Shown: positions 29,301 to 54,900 of the stretch, piece by piece
Layout of the letters: each line of letters starts with the position of its first letter
How positions within the stretch are numbered: position 1 is the first letter of the stretch
Source of the DNA: Callorhinchus milii
Taxonomy: Eukaryota
Length of the DNA stretch: 64,000 nucleotides
NCBI RefSeq assembly: GCF_018977255.1
Contig: NW_024704751.1
Location: 8,556,001 to 8,620,000, forward strand
Direction: 5' to 3'
Notes under the pieces: generated by a model
The model's input: the letters and a program-made list of their open reading frames with translations, nothing else
Database searches by the model: none
Told to the model about the DNA's origin: nothing
Position numbers and translations under genes: made by a program

Positions 29301-29306
29301 TTTATT
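29301..29306 (-). terminator. Candidate polyadenylation signal of SMTNL2
   Basis: TTTATT on plus (AATAAA on minus), ~360 nt after the stop. Confidence 0.5.
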
Positions 29307-29662
29307 GTTATATTGAGTAGCTGGTACACCCACAGCCTGGCTGATAGCTGCTACTGTACTGCACACACTAGAGTTCAGTGCATTCATTGTGCACAGTGAA
29401 AGCAGAGAGAGGGGCAATCACATAGGCAGGCCTCTCTCCTCTCCCTCCTCTGTTCCATACTCCCAACGCCCTCTCCTCCCTCCTTCCCTCCCTCTCTCTC
29501 TCTCTCACTCTTTCCCTCTCCCCCACTTTCCTCTCTCATCTCTCTCTGGCTCGCTCTCCTCACCCTCGCCCTCCCACCCACCCCTCGCTCTCTCCATCTC
29601 TCTCTCTCCTTCCCTCCTTCTCTCTCTCTCTCTCTTTCTCCCCCCCTCTCTCCAGGGGTGAG

Positions 29663-40279
<10,617 letters not shown>

Positions 40280-43200
40280 AGCTGGTCCTGGGCAAAGCCC
40301 CCTCTGCGTCCTTGCGCCTCTCTCCCCCGCACAGCTGCTCACAGTCACTTTTTCTCCCCCTCCCTCCCTCTCTCCCTCCCCACACTGTCCCTCTCTCTTC
40401 CTCACCCTCCCCCCTCTCTCTCTCTCTCCCTCACCCCCCCTCCCCACCTCTCTCTCCCCCTCCCTCTCCCCTCTCTCCCCCTCTCTCACTCACTCACTTC
40501 GATGGGACTTTAAACTAAACCGTTCCCTTTAAATGGGCTTTAAACGGTGCGCGTTGCGTGCGCGCAGCGAGAGGTCACCCCCCGCTATTCCCTTCTGTCT
40601 CCTCTCTCTCTGTCTCTAATCTCTCTGCCTTTTCCTCTCTCTTATCCTCTCACACACTCTCTCTCTCTCTCACACACACACACACATAGACTGTATAACC
40701 TCAGCAAAAAGGCTCAGAGAGGGAGAGGGAGCAGCTGTAGCAGGAGGGACTGAGAGCAGGGGTGGGGTGGGGGGGGGGTTGTGGGGGTGAGGGGGGGGTT
40801 AGTTGGGGGTGTGGGGTGGGGGGAGGTATTTCAGGCAGTCTGTAATCCGATATATTCACTCTCCCACGGCCAATTTAAACATTCATTATCAGTGCAGCCA
40901 CAGGCGTCCAGAGGAACCCCAAGAGACACACACACACACACAGAGCAGCAGATAACAGCCATCCCATCCACTCCGGGGGGGGGAGGGGGTCACCCTACAC
41001 ACTGCTGAGCAACTTCACAGTAACTGTCTCCCTCCCTCCCTCCCACCCCTTCTCCCAGAACTGCCAAACTCTCAGCCGACAGCCTGCAACGCCCACTGAT
41101 AAATAATAATAATAATAATCATCATCATCATCATCGTTGCATTTGATATAGCTTCTTATCGCGTCGTCGAGGTGTCCTCGAAGCCCCCCCCGAGCGATAT
41201 ATTGGTAAAGCGACTGTGCGTGTTGTGGGTGAAACGCGGCAGCCCAATGGCGCGCAGCGAGGTGCCCGCGCACAGTCGTGGATTGAGTGACCGCATTTTA
41301 TTTCGGAGCCCGGAACCCGGGAGTCACAATCCCTCCGGTATAACATCTTTAACATCCACCCGAACAGGCAGACGGGGGTCTCGGTTTAACTTCTTATCTG
41401 AAAGAACGGCACCTCGGACTAACGCAGCACATTCCCCGGCACCGCACTGTAACTGAACGACATATTTACCTGTACACAGGTACGCACGAACACACACACA
41501 CACACACACACACGAGAGGGCACTGTAAAAGGGGGAGCAGGAGCTGGAACTTGGTCAGTTTTACCCCTTCTCTTACCGTGGGGTAAGGGGTTGGAGGTCA
41601 GAGCCAATTTAGCCTCTCCCTACAGGGCCAGCTGAGGTCAGCAAACTGACAGACCGGTATACGAACCAACGAGGTCCTGCTCTGTTAATTGGGAAATCTG
41701 TCCCTGCGCCCTGGAGGCAGCCTGGTGTGTTATCGCTTAGCGTTCCTTCACTTGGTGTTCCTCCACGATGAGGGGAGGTAACGTGCACAGACTGTGACAG
41801 CCCACCAAGAGGATTACTCTCGACGGGGTGGGGGGGGGGGATTAAAAAGGGAAAAGGGATCAGCCCAGGAATCCTGAAAAAGAACCACACCGGCCTCCAT
41901 CAGGGAGGGTCTGCTGAAAAGACAAGAACAACTTGCGTTCATATAGCTCCTCTCGCGCAAAGAGGTGTCCCAGAGCGCTTGACAGTGGCGGAGCACGACA
42001 CCGAGCCGGGGGGAAGTCAGGCCCAGGGGTTCAGGTCTGACCTTTCACGGTGATCTGGGATATCATTGCCTCAGACCCAAATGTGACTGGTGCCCAGGAA
42101 GTGGCCTCAGTGGCATCCCGACCACTTGGAAGTGGGACAATCTTTTGTGCTCATTAAATAATGGGACCACTGAGATATTGGGCCAAGACCAACACTTTAT
42201 AACACTTCCTGGTAGGTGTGAGACTGCCCTTCGCACCCCTGAACCTGTGGCATTGCCTGGCTCACTTTCTCAATCCCGCTTCAAATCTTCTACACCTCAG
42301 TGAGGTCCCTCCCAGATATCTTTCTCTTCTGATTAGGTGGTGCTCAAGACTCTTCTGTTCAACCGTGCTTTCGATCGCCCTGCTTCCCCCCCCCCCCCCC
42401 CCGCCCTCCACCCTCCCCAATCCCGACCCCCAGCTCGGGTCCGAAACACTGACTGTCCAGGGCCTTGGGACGTCCTCCCGACGTGAAAGGCGCTGTACAC
42501 GTAATTTTGTTGTTGTTGTTGTGCTTGTTAACTGCTGCTGGTTGCAAGGAAGGTTGGGTTTGATTCCCGGGGAAGGGCGAAACGTTAGGCAAGTTTCCTT
42601 CCAGATAGTATAGAGCACAGATAGCTGGGCTGGGCTGAGCTGGGCTGAGCTGAGTTGGGGAGAACGCCAGAGAATGCACAAGATACGCAAGAAATTCCAC
42701 AAAGAGATTTCTTCACTCACTGACACTCCATTACAGCCCTTCACCGGCTCGTCTCAATCTCACCCATGGGGCCCGGGAGTCAGTAAAGCACTGAGAATTC
42801 AGTCCGTAGAAAGGTGAGACGGGAGCTCGTTTGCCTCCCCTGTACATCTCTCTCCCTTGTCCCTGGCCTCTTCATTCCATTAGAGAAGTCTCAAAGCGCT
42901 TCACAGCATTCACTGCAAAGTGTAGTGACTGAGGTATTTTGTAGGTAAACTCTGCAGCCGATTTGCAGACACGAACACAGATCGGCCACAAAACACACAG
43001 TCAATTCACTTCCCAGTATATCCTGTCAAGCGCTTTGAGACGTCTCGAAGACGCGATAAGGCGCAAGGATGACGATGGGATTATTATTGGATGGCGGTGA
43101 AGGAGTTAACCTGACGATGGTGAGCTCACTGTGTTGGCATTCTGACAGAGGGGACAGGGAGACAGAGCGTAAATCTTCATCTTGTTGACAAGATGAGCTG

Positions 43201-43479
43201 TGGAGTTACTGCTGGAGGCTGTGACTGATGTAACTGCGCAGGGAATGTGCTGGGCAGGGGCTCGGGGCGGGGAGGGGTGGGGGTGGGGGGGTCAGCTCCT
43301 GTAAGTACCTGCTCCAAAGTATCAGGTTAGCGATGACGTAAGTGGAACATAGACACTGAATGGACGCGTCGGGGAGAGAGGGAAAAAAACATCTTTAGTT
43401 GGGGAGTGGGTAAAGAGGGGGGCATGGTTTTAGGATTATTGTCAGAAGACTCAGGGAGAAGTTAAAGGTATCTCAGCTC

Positions 43480-43925
43480 TCAGAGACTTGACAGGGTGGC
43501 CCTCTCGTCTCTCTTGAGTCAGACAGTCGTGGGTTCAAGCCCCACATTGGGACTTGGGATCACATTGTCTAAGCTGACACTCGCAGCGCAGTGTCGGGGT
43601 GATTGTCATTGTCTGAGGTGCCATCCTTCAGATGAGGTGTTAAAACCGAGGCCCTCTCTGCCTGTTCGAGCGGACATTAAAGATCCCACAGCACTATTTT
43701 AAGAGCGAAGGGACTTTCTCCCAGTGTTCTGGCCAAGAATCTCCCCCGATAAAGTCAATCGTTCACCTCACCTCATGGCTGTTTTTTTTTAATCGCTTTG
43801 TGCAAGTTGGTTTCCGTGTTTGCCCACAAAACACACAGTCATTATACTTTACAGAAAATCCTGTGAAGCACCTTGAGACGTCCTCCAGATGTAATCAGGT
43901 CTACATCAAACATAAGGATTATTAT
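43480..43925 (+). mobile_element. Deu-domain SINE (SacSINE1/AmnSINE1-like), representative copy
   Basis: tRNA-like head (GGGTTCAAGCCC), Deu core GATGAGGTGTTAAAACCGAGG...ATTAAAGATCCCACAGCACTATTT, and a 3' tail shared with the other SINE family. Family naming is from recalled consensus. Confidence 0.7.
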
Positions 43926-44389
43926 TAAACAGAAACCAGCCACACACCTGTTCATATCCTCCTTACACTCTCCTCTCCTGACTTTGCTGGGCACAGTAAC
44001 AATAATATTTCCCTTTGATTCAGCCGCTGTGATGTACAAACATCTCGAAAACTCTTCACAGGGCGGTGCTGTCAGTGTAGTGACTGTGTATTTGTGCTGC
44101 GCACGGCAATGTCCCACAGGCAGCCAGGAGGAAATTCCCAGGACAGCGCAGAGTGAGGAAGGAATCTTTAAACTGATCGGGACACAAACATGCGGAGTAT
44201 GTGGAAATGGTTATCTGATTGTTAGATAGAAGGCAGATTACTGCAGAACAATGGGTCCTGTGTTAGTCTGAGCAAAGTGACAGAGTGTGTGTTACCGAGA
44301 CAGTGTGTGTGCGTATGTTACTGTGACAGCGTGTGTTACTGGGAGTGTGTGTGTGACTGCGTTTGTAGGTGACTGTGTGTGTGGAGGTG

Positions 44390-44730
44390 TGAGTACGTGT
44401 GAGTACAGCAACATCCCACAAACAGCCATGAACTGAATGACCGACTTGATCCTGGGGATTGTCGGCCAGGACACCGGGAGAGAGAGAGAGAAACTCCTTT
44501 CTCTTGTCGAGTAGTGCCGTGGGATCTTTAACGTCCACCTGGACAGGCAGACGGGAACTCAGTTTAATGACTCATCCGAAGAACGGCGCCTCCAACAATG
44601 CAACACCCCATCCCGTGATGCATCGCGGTGTCATCTGAAGACGATTTACTTCCCGGTCCCGATGTGAACCCACAAACTTCTGACTCAGAGGCGAGCGTGT
44701 GACCGTGGGAGCCACAGGCTGAGTGAGCCC
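44390..44730 (-). mobile_element. Deu-domain SINE
   Basis: Reverse-complement Deu core GGGATCTTTAACGTCCACC...CTCATCCGAAG. Further copies at ~7884-8110(+), 9110-9280(+), 41100-41450(-), 49660-49960(+) and 54580-54930(+). Confidence 0.7.
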
Positions 44731-47700
44731 AGCGAGGAGGGCATGGGTATGGGGAGTAAGCGAGAGAGATAGAGACAGAGAGACTGAGAGAGACGGAAGT
44801 TGGAAATGGGAGGAGACAATAATGGCGTTGAACATTCCCTTGTGATGATATAATTCAAAGGTCCCACAGCAGGTGTGTTGCCTCCGCTCACTGTCAGGCT
44901 GCACCTGGGACTCCTCCACTTCCTCAGCTCCCAGAGGAGGGAGGGTGGGGCCGAGCCCCAGAGCAGCTCACTCCGCCAGGTCTGGTCTGGTCTGCTCCTC
45001 CAAGTCCTGCCCATGAGCCAGGCCGGGCTGGGCTGTCGTCAGCTGTGACCTGGAGGACTGGGGACCTGCCGAGCTGGTTAGCAGTAGCCTGTCAGACCCA
45101 TTGAGGTCACCGTTAGAGCCAGGCCCTGTCGCAATCGTTCACGCTACCACCGACAACAAACTCACACCAGCCCCCAGCCAGAGGGGAGGGGAGGGGATGC
45201 TGTAGGCAGTGACAGAGTGAGGAAAGACAGCCCTGTGATCATGTCCTGAAAAACAATGATCTGAAAGCCGAGATATCCGAGGAAAGAGATTCGGAACAAA
45301 CGCCAAACAAGGTTCCCAGATATTGGACGGAAAAAAGGTTCTTCAGCATTGAGGGGGGGGGGGGGGCGTCAGGGGTGACGGAGAGTAGAACAGGAAATGA
45401 AGTCATCTTCAGTGCTGGGCTCCGCTCCCACCCGGGGACACTGAGTCATACACTTTCCACTGATTAAAAAGTACCAAATCCATCAATAATATTTTGTGAC
45501 TCCGGACACACAAGGAACACATTTAAACAGATTAATGTGCTTGGGAAGAAGTAAAACTCCAGCTGTTAAGGCGCTGACGTACTCAAACCCTCTTTTAACC
45601 CTTTCAGACCCGCTCCCACCTGCTTACAAGCCCTAAAGACACTTTCGAGACATTCAGCGCCTGAGAGGGTTCAGTCCTTCGTGTCCGTACCCTGCTGCCT
45701 GATTTCCTAAACCACCTCCATATTTTCTACCTAACCCACTTCCCAGCTCTCTCTCTTTCTCTCTCTCTCCCCATTCCTGTTATCGTATTTACTACCCAGC
45801 TGCTTCTGCTTAGAACCATAGAAGAAGAAGGACATTTGGCCCATCGTGTCTGCATTAGTTCTTTTGAGAGCTATCCTTTCAGTCCCATTTACCTGCTCTC
45901 CTCCAACGGAACTACCCAGTTCCCTTTTGACCAATTCTTGCAGGGTTGTGGGATTTTCCTCTTTGACCGTGCTTTTGGCCACCATCCCACAAAATATACA
46001 GTCGATTCGCTTTACAGTATATTCTGTGAAGCGCTGTGAGACGTCTCGAAGACGTGATAAGGCGCTGAATCAAATGTAAAGATGATTATTATTCTTATTG
46101 TAGATTTGGGAGGAATGAGCTCCCTCTAGCCCCAGCCACCATTGTCAACCATAGGCATCGCCTCTTCCAGCCAATGTTACCGTTAGCCTGTGTAGTGATA
46201 GTCCTCAGTGTAACTCGGACGACTTCATTCCCTTGAGGGTTAAAGCAATGTGGGAGAGGAGGACTTGCAGCCCCAGGGTTGTTGAGACCCTTCCCCCCAC
46301 CTAACCCTCTCTCCCCCTTCCCTCCACCCCTCTCTCCCCCTCCCTCCACATCCGCTCTCCCCCTCTCTCTTTCCCTCTTCCCCCCTCCCTCTCTCTCTCT
46401 CCCTCTTTCCCCCTCTCTCCCCCTTTCCCCCCCCACTCTCTCTTTCTCCCCCTTCCCCTCCATCCCCTCCCCAGGTGATGGAAAGGTCCGGAAATTACAC
46501 AGCACGTTCTGGCCGAGAGCCTAGGCAGTGTGTGGCCTCTGGTTCTTATCTGGAGAGTCTGTGTGAAGGCGATAGAGATTAGCCAATCTCTGGGTTGTCA
46601 GATGGCTGCGTTCCATCACTGGAGCCTGGAGCCAGTTGCTATCTGCTTGATAGTGTCGGAAAGACAGAGGCTCACGTCAGCCAATGGACCTCACAGTTGT
46701 AGGGGTTGGTAACCAGAGAGAGAGAGAGAGAGAGAAGATGGGGGTGGGGTGGCGGGGGGTGGGGGGGGGTAACTGGAACTGTTTTATTAGAGTTTACTTT
46801 TGTCATGTGTTCCGACATAAATGTCACTGTGATTGACAATCCCAACATGTTAACAGCTGTCTCTGTAAATCCCGTGAAGCGCTTTGGGGGCATTTGAAAT
46901 GTTACGGACAATAACAACAACAACAAGATTCCATTTATAAAGCGCCTTTCACGTCAGGAGGACGTCCCAGGAGGACGCTGTAGAGTCTCTAATTCCACTG
47001 CTCGAAATTCTGCGTTTGTTTTAACGACAACAAGAGAGCAACGGCTCGCATTTATACAGCGCCCTTCGCAGTGGGGGGTAGAGTGTGGAGTGGGGTGGGA
47101 GGGGGGGATTGAGGCAGAGAACTCCAGAGGCGAGGGGCTTGGTGGCTGACAGCTGGTGGCCGAGCCAAGCTGTGCTACAAGTTGAAACCTCATCCAGAGG
47201 CGAGGATTCTGAACCTACAAATGAGGCAGCGAATAAACCCTCAATTTAATGCTAGTTATCTGGTTGCCCCCCACTCCCCCCACCACCACCACCCAACCCA
47301 ACCCCCTCCTTTACCCAGGATACAGCGCTGTCGCAGAGGCAGAAATACGCCGTCCTCTGGTGGCGAGTGATGGTGTTTTTTCAGCCTTCAGGCTGACACA
47401 TTTGCCTCCGTCAGTCTTTTAATAGGAAGATATTTATGGTTCAGCCACAGAGACCTGACGTGCAACTGGAGCAAGGGAGATGGGCTGAAGGACGAGATAA
47501 TGAGAGCAAATCCTGCACTGGAACATCCAGATACATCCCTCTCTCTCTCTCTCTCTCTCTCTCACCTCCCGTTTGTGCTACTTACGAGACATTGCTGTGC
47601 GCAAATCGGCTGTCGCTCTCACTTACGAATTAATTAATACTCGGTAATTGCGGTGAGGTGTTTTGAGACGTTCCGATGATGCAATAGGTACAAAATCAAT

Positions 47701-48750
47701 TGCAAGGAGCATCATTCCGAAGAATCCTGGGTTTGTACATGAAGTCTCGATGGCTTCCTGTGTGCTCACTGAGACATCACAGCCCATGCCCCAGGTTCCA
47801 TCTCCAAACTGTGCTGAGTTAGCTGATTACAGCCAAGTTACAATTACACATGTTAGAGCCTTAAGGCTATTTGCCTCACAGTCTGGACGGATTCTCATCT
47901 ATTCCCATCTCCTACACCCCTCTATTCCCCTCTGTTTCCCTCTCCCCCATGTCTCGCATTGTTTCCTCTCACATGCAGCACTTTGGTTTCTGTTTCAACC
48001 ACAGCTCCTGGCAATGAATTCCACGCTCTGTGTGAAGAGGTTCCTCTATCAGCTGTGCTACCATAGAACCGTAGACATTTACAGCGCAGAAGAAGGCCAT
48101 TTGGCCCATCATGTCTGTGCTGGCTCTTTTAAAGAGCGCTCCATTCAGTCACATTTACCAGAACTACTCGGTAGACCAGAGAACTACACAGCTTGAGTAT
48201 GACGTCTTGGGATCTGGAAACGATGATGTAGCACATCGGCCAGTATCCTGTTTGCCTGTTTATTGCTGGCTCACAAAGTTTTCATATGGTGCGCGATGAG
48301 TCAAACTGACATGAGTCAACCCCTAGATCGCTTTCATCTAACCCCCCCCCCCCACCCCTCCCCCTCTCCCTTGGCAGTAAGTTCAATCCCATTCGGGGAG
48401 TACTTTGTGTTTCTTACTCTTGGATCCTTTCGTTTCGCCCACAGAACAATACAGTCAATTCACTTCACAGTATATTGACTTTGAGACGTCTCAAAGACCT
48501 GATAAGGCGCTATATCAAACGCAAGGAATATTATTATTATTATTATTATTATTGTTATTAAATGCAAGGATTATTATTATTCTGCATTTACTATCTTGCA
48601 TGTATCTGTGTTGAACTACGTTTGACAGTGATCAGCCCATGTGCAGATCCTATCAAGCTCTCCTGAAAGGGACCTTATTCCACAGACAGATTAACATTTT
48701 AAAAAATGACCCCAAGAGGGTTTGTTTCACGCACTTGTACGAGGGGGAAA

Positions 48751-48907
48751 CCCGCCCAATTGGGCGCGAAATAGCCCAACCCGCCCACAACGCCTCTGTT
48801 TCCCGCTGGTCCTCCAGCGGCAGCAGAGGGCGCGGGGTGGGGTTTGTTGTTGGCGCCGGGGTTCCTCTTGCCCGCAGGTCGCTGCCTCCTTGGCAAAGAT
48901 GGCGGCG
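48751..48907 (+). promoter_or_regulatory. CpG-island promoter of NCBP3 (GC boxes, CCAAT, E2F-like, YY1-like)
   Basis: CCCGCCC twice, CCAAT, GGGCGCGAAA (48762-48771), TTTCCCGC (48799-48806), and AAGATGGCGG overlapping the ATG. Confidence 0.6.
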
Positions 48908-51900
48908 GTGCGGGGCCTGCGGGTCTATGTGGAGTCTGAGGGCGACTCGGGGCCCCGGGAACCGGGCGCCGAGGCCGCCAAGGAGGCCGAGCGCGAAGAG
49001 GAGCCCATGGAGGTGGAGGAGGGCGAGATAGAGCCCGAGAAGCTGGACGCCATCTCGGTGCGGCGGACGCTCAAGGACCTGATCCCGGTGAGGAGGCAAA
49101 GCCGAGGCTTCGCGGGCCTGAGGTGGGCGGGAAACCGGACTCTCAGTGCCGGGCGGTGACCCTCCGGACCCTCAGCTCCTCCACCGCCTCCTGACTCTGC
49201 CCCCCCCCCCCCCAAGAAAAAATGTCCGCCATTCACGGGGCAGCTGCTGGCAGTTTAGGGTCGGCCACACAGCACACAGTCACTACACTTTACAGTGCAA
49301 CCCCCGAAGCGCTTTGAGACGCGGACCGAACGCCAGGATTGCTGCTGCTGCTGCTGTTGTTGTTAGAGTGACTGTCTGTGGCGGGCGCTGGGGGCTGAGA
49401 TGGCCTCAGTTTGTTGCTCTCCGATTCCCTCACTTACCTGAAGGCGGCGCTCTCTGGGGTGGGTGGGGGGGGGGGCAGAAGGTTGAGGGGGGGGGTTCAA
49501 CAACAACGACAACAACAACTTGGATTTACATAGCGCCCTCCACGCCGGACGGCGTCTCGGAGCGCTTCACAGTTTCGGATCCCGAGACCGAGCCGGGGGG
49601 AGGGGGGGGGGGGGAGGGGGTGTGGGGGGAGGGGGGGGGTCAACCTCTATTTGGGTCTCGGAAACACCCGCGGTCGAAGCTGACGCTCCAGTGCGGCGTT
49701 GAGGGGGTTGGGGGGTGGGGGTCGGAGCCGTCCTTCGGGATGAGACGTTCCACCGAGGTCCCGTCCACCTGTTCAGGCGGATGTTAAAGATCCCGCGGCG
49801 CTATTCGGAAAGGAGAAGGGAGTTTCTCTCTCCCGCTGCCCCCGGGCCGACAATCCCCCCCCCACCCCCCCTCTCCAGATAAAATTGCTCGCTCAACCCT
49901 AAAAGTGGCTGTTTGAGGGACTTTCCTGCGCGCCGTCGCGCTGCCGTGTTTGCCTACGCTCTCCGTTCTTAGTTCAGTGATACTTGCGTTTACATCCGGT
50001 CGGGCCTTTGGAGCGCGGTCTGGTAGGGAAGGTCCTGCGTTTGGAACGAAGCCTCTGGTACCCGCCCGCAAGGAGGTTTTCATGTGGTTCACTTTTGCTC
50101 CTTCCGCAGGACACCAGCAGACGCTACGAAAACAAGGCCGGGACTTTCATCACTGGAATCGACGTCACCTCAAAGGTCTGCGAGAAAACTGTTCCTACCT
50201 CCATTGTCCTTTCTTCTTGGGGCTTGAAAGAGTTGTCTGGAAATCTTTATTGTCGCCGTCAGTAAAAGAGTGGATCTTTTCATCCCCGGGACTTAGGGAT
50301 TGCTGGTTCCGCCGACAACAACAAATTACATTTATACAGCGCCGTTGTATAACTTTAATAATATATTGTATAATAATGTTGTATAACGTTGGAGGACGTC
50401 CCAAGGTGCTGGAGAGTCACAGATTTAATAATAATAATAATAATCTTCACTCCTGACTGGGTCAAAATGTCCGCGATTCACAGGGCGCTGCTGGCAAGTG
50501 TAGTTACTGTTTGTGCTATGACCGCCTCAGTTTGTTTCTCTACAATTCTCTCACTTCTACATTTGACATTGCCCCTTATGACAGCTTCGAGACGTCTCAA
50601 AGCACTTCACAGAATATACAGTAGACAATAACATGGCTGAGTTTAGGATCGCTGTGCTGCTCACTGAGACACTGAGCCTCTCAGACCGAGGGGGTTGTGT
50701 GCCTCTTGTCTCTACCCCACCCACCCCACCACCTCTCTCCATTCTATTTAATCATTTTTACTCCACAGGAAGCGGTGGACAGGAAGGAGCAGCGAGCAAA
50801 GCGGTTTCACTTTCGAGCGGAATCAAACCTCACTCAGCAGGCAGAGGTGCTCGACCGGGAGTTGCTGAAACAAGGTGAAATTTCAGTTCAGGGGCGGGCG
50901 CAGGATTGTGGGATTATTCATAATAATAATAATAATCCTTGCATTTGATATAGCGCCTTATCACGTCTTCTAGACGTCTCAAAGCGCTTCACAGAATATA
51001 CTGCAAAGTGAATTGACTCTGTGTTTTGTGGACGAAACGCGGCAGCCAATCGCACACAGCAGCGTCCCCACAAACAGCCGTGGATTGAGTGACCAAATTA
51101 TTATTATTATTTATTATTTAAAAAGATTAAAAGAGCATTTCCGTTGACCTGAGTGGGTTTATCGCATCTTTGTGTGTTGTTTTGTGACTGACACATGTCC
51201 GCGATGTTGCGTTGCTGTGGTTACAAGTCTCCTGTCTGTCCTTTTGCAGCCATCCCCAAAGTGCGACTGGAGGCCCTGCACGTGATGGGCGTAGACGAGA
51301 TGAGCACCGAGGAGATCTTCACCTACTTTAAGGAATATCCTCCATCCAGCATAGAGTGGATCGACGACTCCTCCTGTGAGTGTTCTGCGGGGTGGGGGGT
51401 GGTTGGGGATGGAACGCTTTATACTCCTTCTGGTTTCCCCTCCCCTGTTACCTGAAAGGCTTACGGCGCGGAGTGTCCCAGATCCGGGGTGGGGGGGTGG
51501 GTGGGCTGGGGTGTGCTGCTGCCCGAGAGGAAATATTGCCAGTAAACCCACTCTGTTGATTGCTTCTCCTCGCGGTTGTTTTCCTAGGTAATGTGGTGTG
51601 GCTGGACGACGTCACAGCGGCCCGAGCTCTGATGAACATGAGCGTGGCGGCAGAGCCCAGTGTGAGCACGCGAAGAAAGAGCAGCCCTGACTCACCAAAG
51701 CATGGTGAGCGGCACTGACAGCAACACCGAACGACCCCTGCCTTCGGCCCAGCGCTCCTCAAGGCGCACGTCATCTCCTGGCGCATTGTTACTGCGTTAT
51801 CAACGCTTGTTATCTCTCCGGTCACCCCCTGGCTCTGACCACAATTCACCATCTCGGTTCAGACCCCTGAGCTTTCTGCCCCCGCTTTAAAGAGGAAACC

Positions 51901-54900
51901 GCTTAGCACTGGCTCAGGCAGACATCTCTCAGTCAAGACCTAGGCATCTGCACTTGTTCTGAATGGTGCCCAGCCTCTCAGCGTTCTGAAGCTGACACTG
52001 GCACCAACTTACTACCCAACCCAGGTGACTGAGCGAGCTTGAGATGCTCAGGGTGGGCTGTTAACCTGGTCAGAGAGACACCAACAAATCACGGTGTGAC
52101 CGTCACGGTAGTTTCCGTGAGCCAGCTGCTCGGAGCAGTGTAAGTGCAGCCAGAGCCACTCTCCGGCATGTTAGACCCTGTCGGAATCGAACCTGGTCTC
52201 TGGCACAGTCACAGTGACATTGGTGGCTGAGAGTGCCATGAGACCTTTCACATCGTCTCTAGTAATTGCAATGCTGTTCCCTGCAGACAGCTCGCAGGGC
52301 AAGGCAGAGGAGGAACAGGAGGAGGAGGACGGGGAGCTGGAGGAGAAGCCGCAGGTGGAGCGGGAGGAAGTGCAGTGTGAGGCCGGAGCGGACAGTGTGG
52401 TAACGTCTAGCCCCTCTTTAACCCTTGAATGCCCCGGTGCCTTCGAAGCCTTCTCTTCCTGGCTAAGAAACCCTCAGCGCAGAGTAACATTGAAGCACTT
52501 TTGTCAACCTTGTGCGCGGGTGGTCCTGTTCCTATCCCCCTGTTGTTTGACACCAACCGAGTGAGTGACAGAGGCTCAGCTTTACAGCTTGAGCGAGCGC
52601 TCACAGCACTGGGTGCCGGGCTGTGCCAGAGAGAGGATTCCTGGCCACAGATCGAGCAGCTTAACTATTCTTTAACTGCTTTCCTTTGTCTCCATTATTC
52701 TCTTGTTTGTCAGCCGGATGCTCTGCCGCTGGACGAACAGGACGCGGTGCTTCAAAACGACCTGCGGCCGGCGGTCAAATCCCTGCGAGGAAACAAACTG
52801 CAAGTCAGGTTTGCCACCAAAGGTGAATGAGCTGCTCACACGTAGACCCCACCCCCCCCCCCACTCCCTCCCATCTTGCAAGTACGTGAACTCCACCTCG
52901 TGCTCACGGACACCCTGACACACACACACGCGCGCGCGTACATACTCTGACACACATGATTACACACACAAACACCCCCCCCCCCCGCCCCACCACCGCA
53001 GTGACCAGACTCTGTGTGAGGGGCCTGGGGGACGTGCTGATGCTGTGGCTAATTTCCAGATGACCATAAGGAGCTGGGAGCTGCCCGACGGAGTCAGTAT
53101 TACATGAAATACGGGAACCCCAACTACGGCGGCATGAAGGGCATCCTCTCCAACTCCTGGTGAGTGAGTCACGTGTAAAATCCCCGGTGGTGGTGGGGGG
53201 GGCGGTCAGTGCCACCCTGCTTCTGGCCAGCGCCAGATTGCTTGGCCCAAGATCTCAGCTGCTGTTCTGTTCTCATTAACAGCACTGGACTGGTTGATGT
53301 GTAGGCACAGGCTGTTCACCCACACAACTGCTCTCAGTGGAGATTGGGGTGGGGAGGAGGGTTGCCCTGATTTAGCCAGGGTGGGGTGGGATAGGGGTGA
53401 TGGCTTTGTCGAGCGCTTTAACCGAGTATAAGTAACGCTGCGCTTCCACAGGAAACGGCGGTACCATGCTCGGCGGATTCAGCGAGACGTCCTGAAGAAA
53501 AAGAGCTTCTCCGACGACGACGACGAGGCCCTAGAGTCCGGCTACAAACACCGTCACTCGGGTCAGTCCACACACGAAAGGCCGGGGACAGGGGGAGAAA
53601 CCAGCCAGGCCCCCCCCGCCCCCATGTCAGTCAGTCTTGCAGCAGATGTTTTGAGAGTGAATGGGGCGATTCCCCCATCGCCAAATCACCCAGAGTCCGC
53701 TGCAGGATTTGGGGAACCAAATGGCACGTGGGCTGTTGCCTTTCGCCCGCAAAACACACAGTCACTCCACTTGACAGCAATTCCCTGTGGAGTGTTTTTT
53801 GAGACATTTTTATGTATGAAATGCAGAGGATCATAATTGTTAATATTACTCAGGAGATGGGCAATACTGTACCTGAGCTGGACTAGAGGCCAAGATTGGA
53901 AATGGGGAAGGGGGAGCACACTCCCCATCGCAGCACAGATAGCCCTCCCCTGCACACCCACACAGGGAGTGGGGGTGGGGGGTTAAGATGTGTGTTACAA
54001 TGAATCGAGGGGCAGTAGGGTAGGGTAGAGGGGGTCCTGGTGAGGAGTGCTGTTCTGTTCTCTGACGAGACCCTTGGACTTCTGCTCAGGTCTGGGGAAC
54101 GTTCCCGAGGAGCCGATCCAGGAGGAGGATGAGGATGAAGATGAGCAGGACATGGAGGCCGATGACCGTGTGGTGGTGGAGTACAGGGACGAGGCGCGGC
54201 CGGGCTGCTACGCCAGCTCCAGGGACTCGGACTCAGACTCAGACTCGGACGAGATGGATTACGATCTGGAGCTGAAGATGATCTCGATGCCATCGCCCAA
54301 GAAGAGCCTGAAGATGACCATGTATGCCGACGAGGTGGAAGCTCAACTGAAGAACATTAGGTGGGTCTGGGCCACAAGTCCTGACGACAACAGCTTCCCT
54401 TCGTGTAGCGCCTTCACATACAGCAGCGTCTCACAGTGCTTCATGTCCCGAGTGGAACATCCAACATCGAGACGATAATATAGTTAGTATATTGAGAGGG
54501 TAACGGGTTCCCTGTAATAAAGAGGGAAACACTTTCTGAAGACCTGAGCCACCAGGTTATTATGACAACAGCCTATATAGTTCAGGCTAACGCTCCCAAT
54601 GCAATGCAGCGCTGGGGAGCGGGGATGGGGGGCGCGGGTGCTGCATTGACGAGAGAAGGTGCCGTCCTTCGGATGAGACGCTAAACCCAAGTCCCGTCTG
54701 CGCTGTTCAGGTGGTCGTTAGAGATCACGTGGTGCGATTCGGAAAGAGAAGAGAGAGAGGGTCCGGGCGAATAATCCTCCAAATAAAAAATAAAAAAAAT
54801 TGGCCATTCACCTCACGGCTGTTTGTGGGACGTCGCTGTGCGCAATGCTTCCATGTTCGCCCGCAAAACACGAGCTTTACAGTATGTTCTGCGAAGTGTT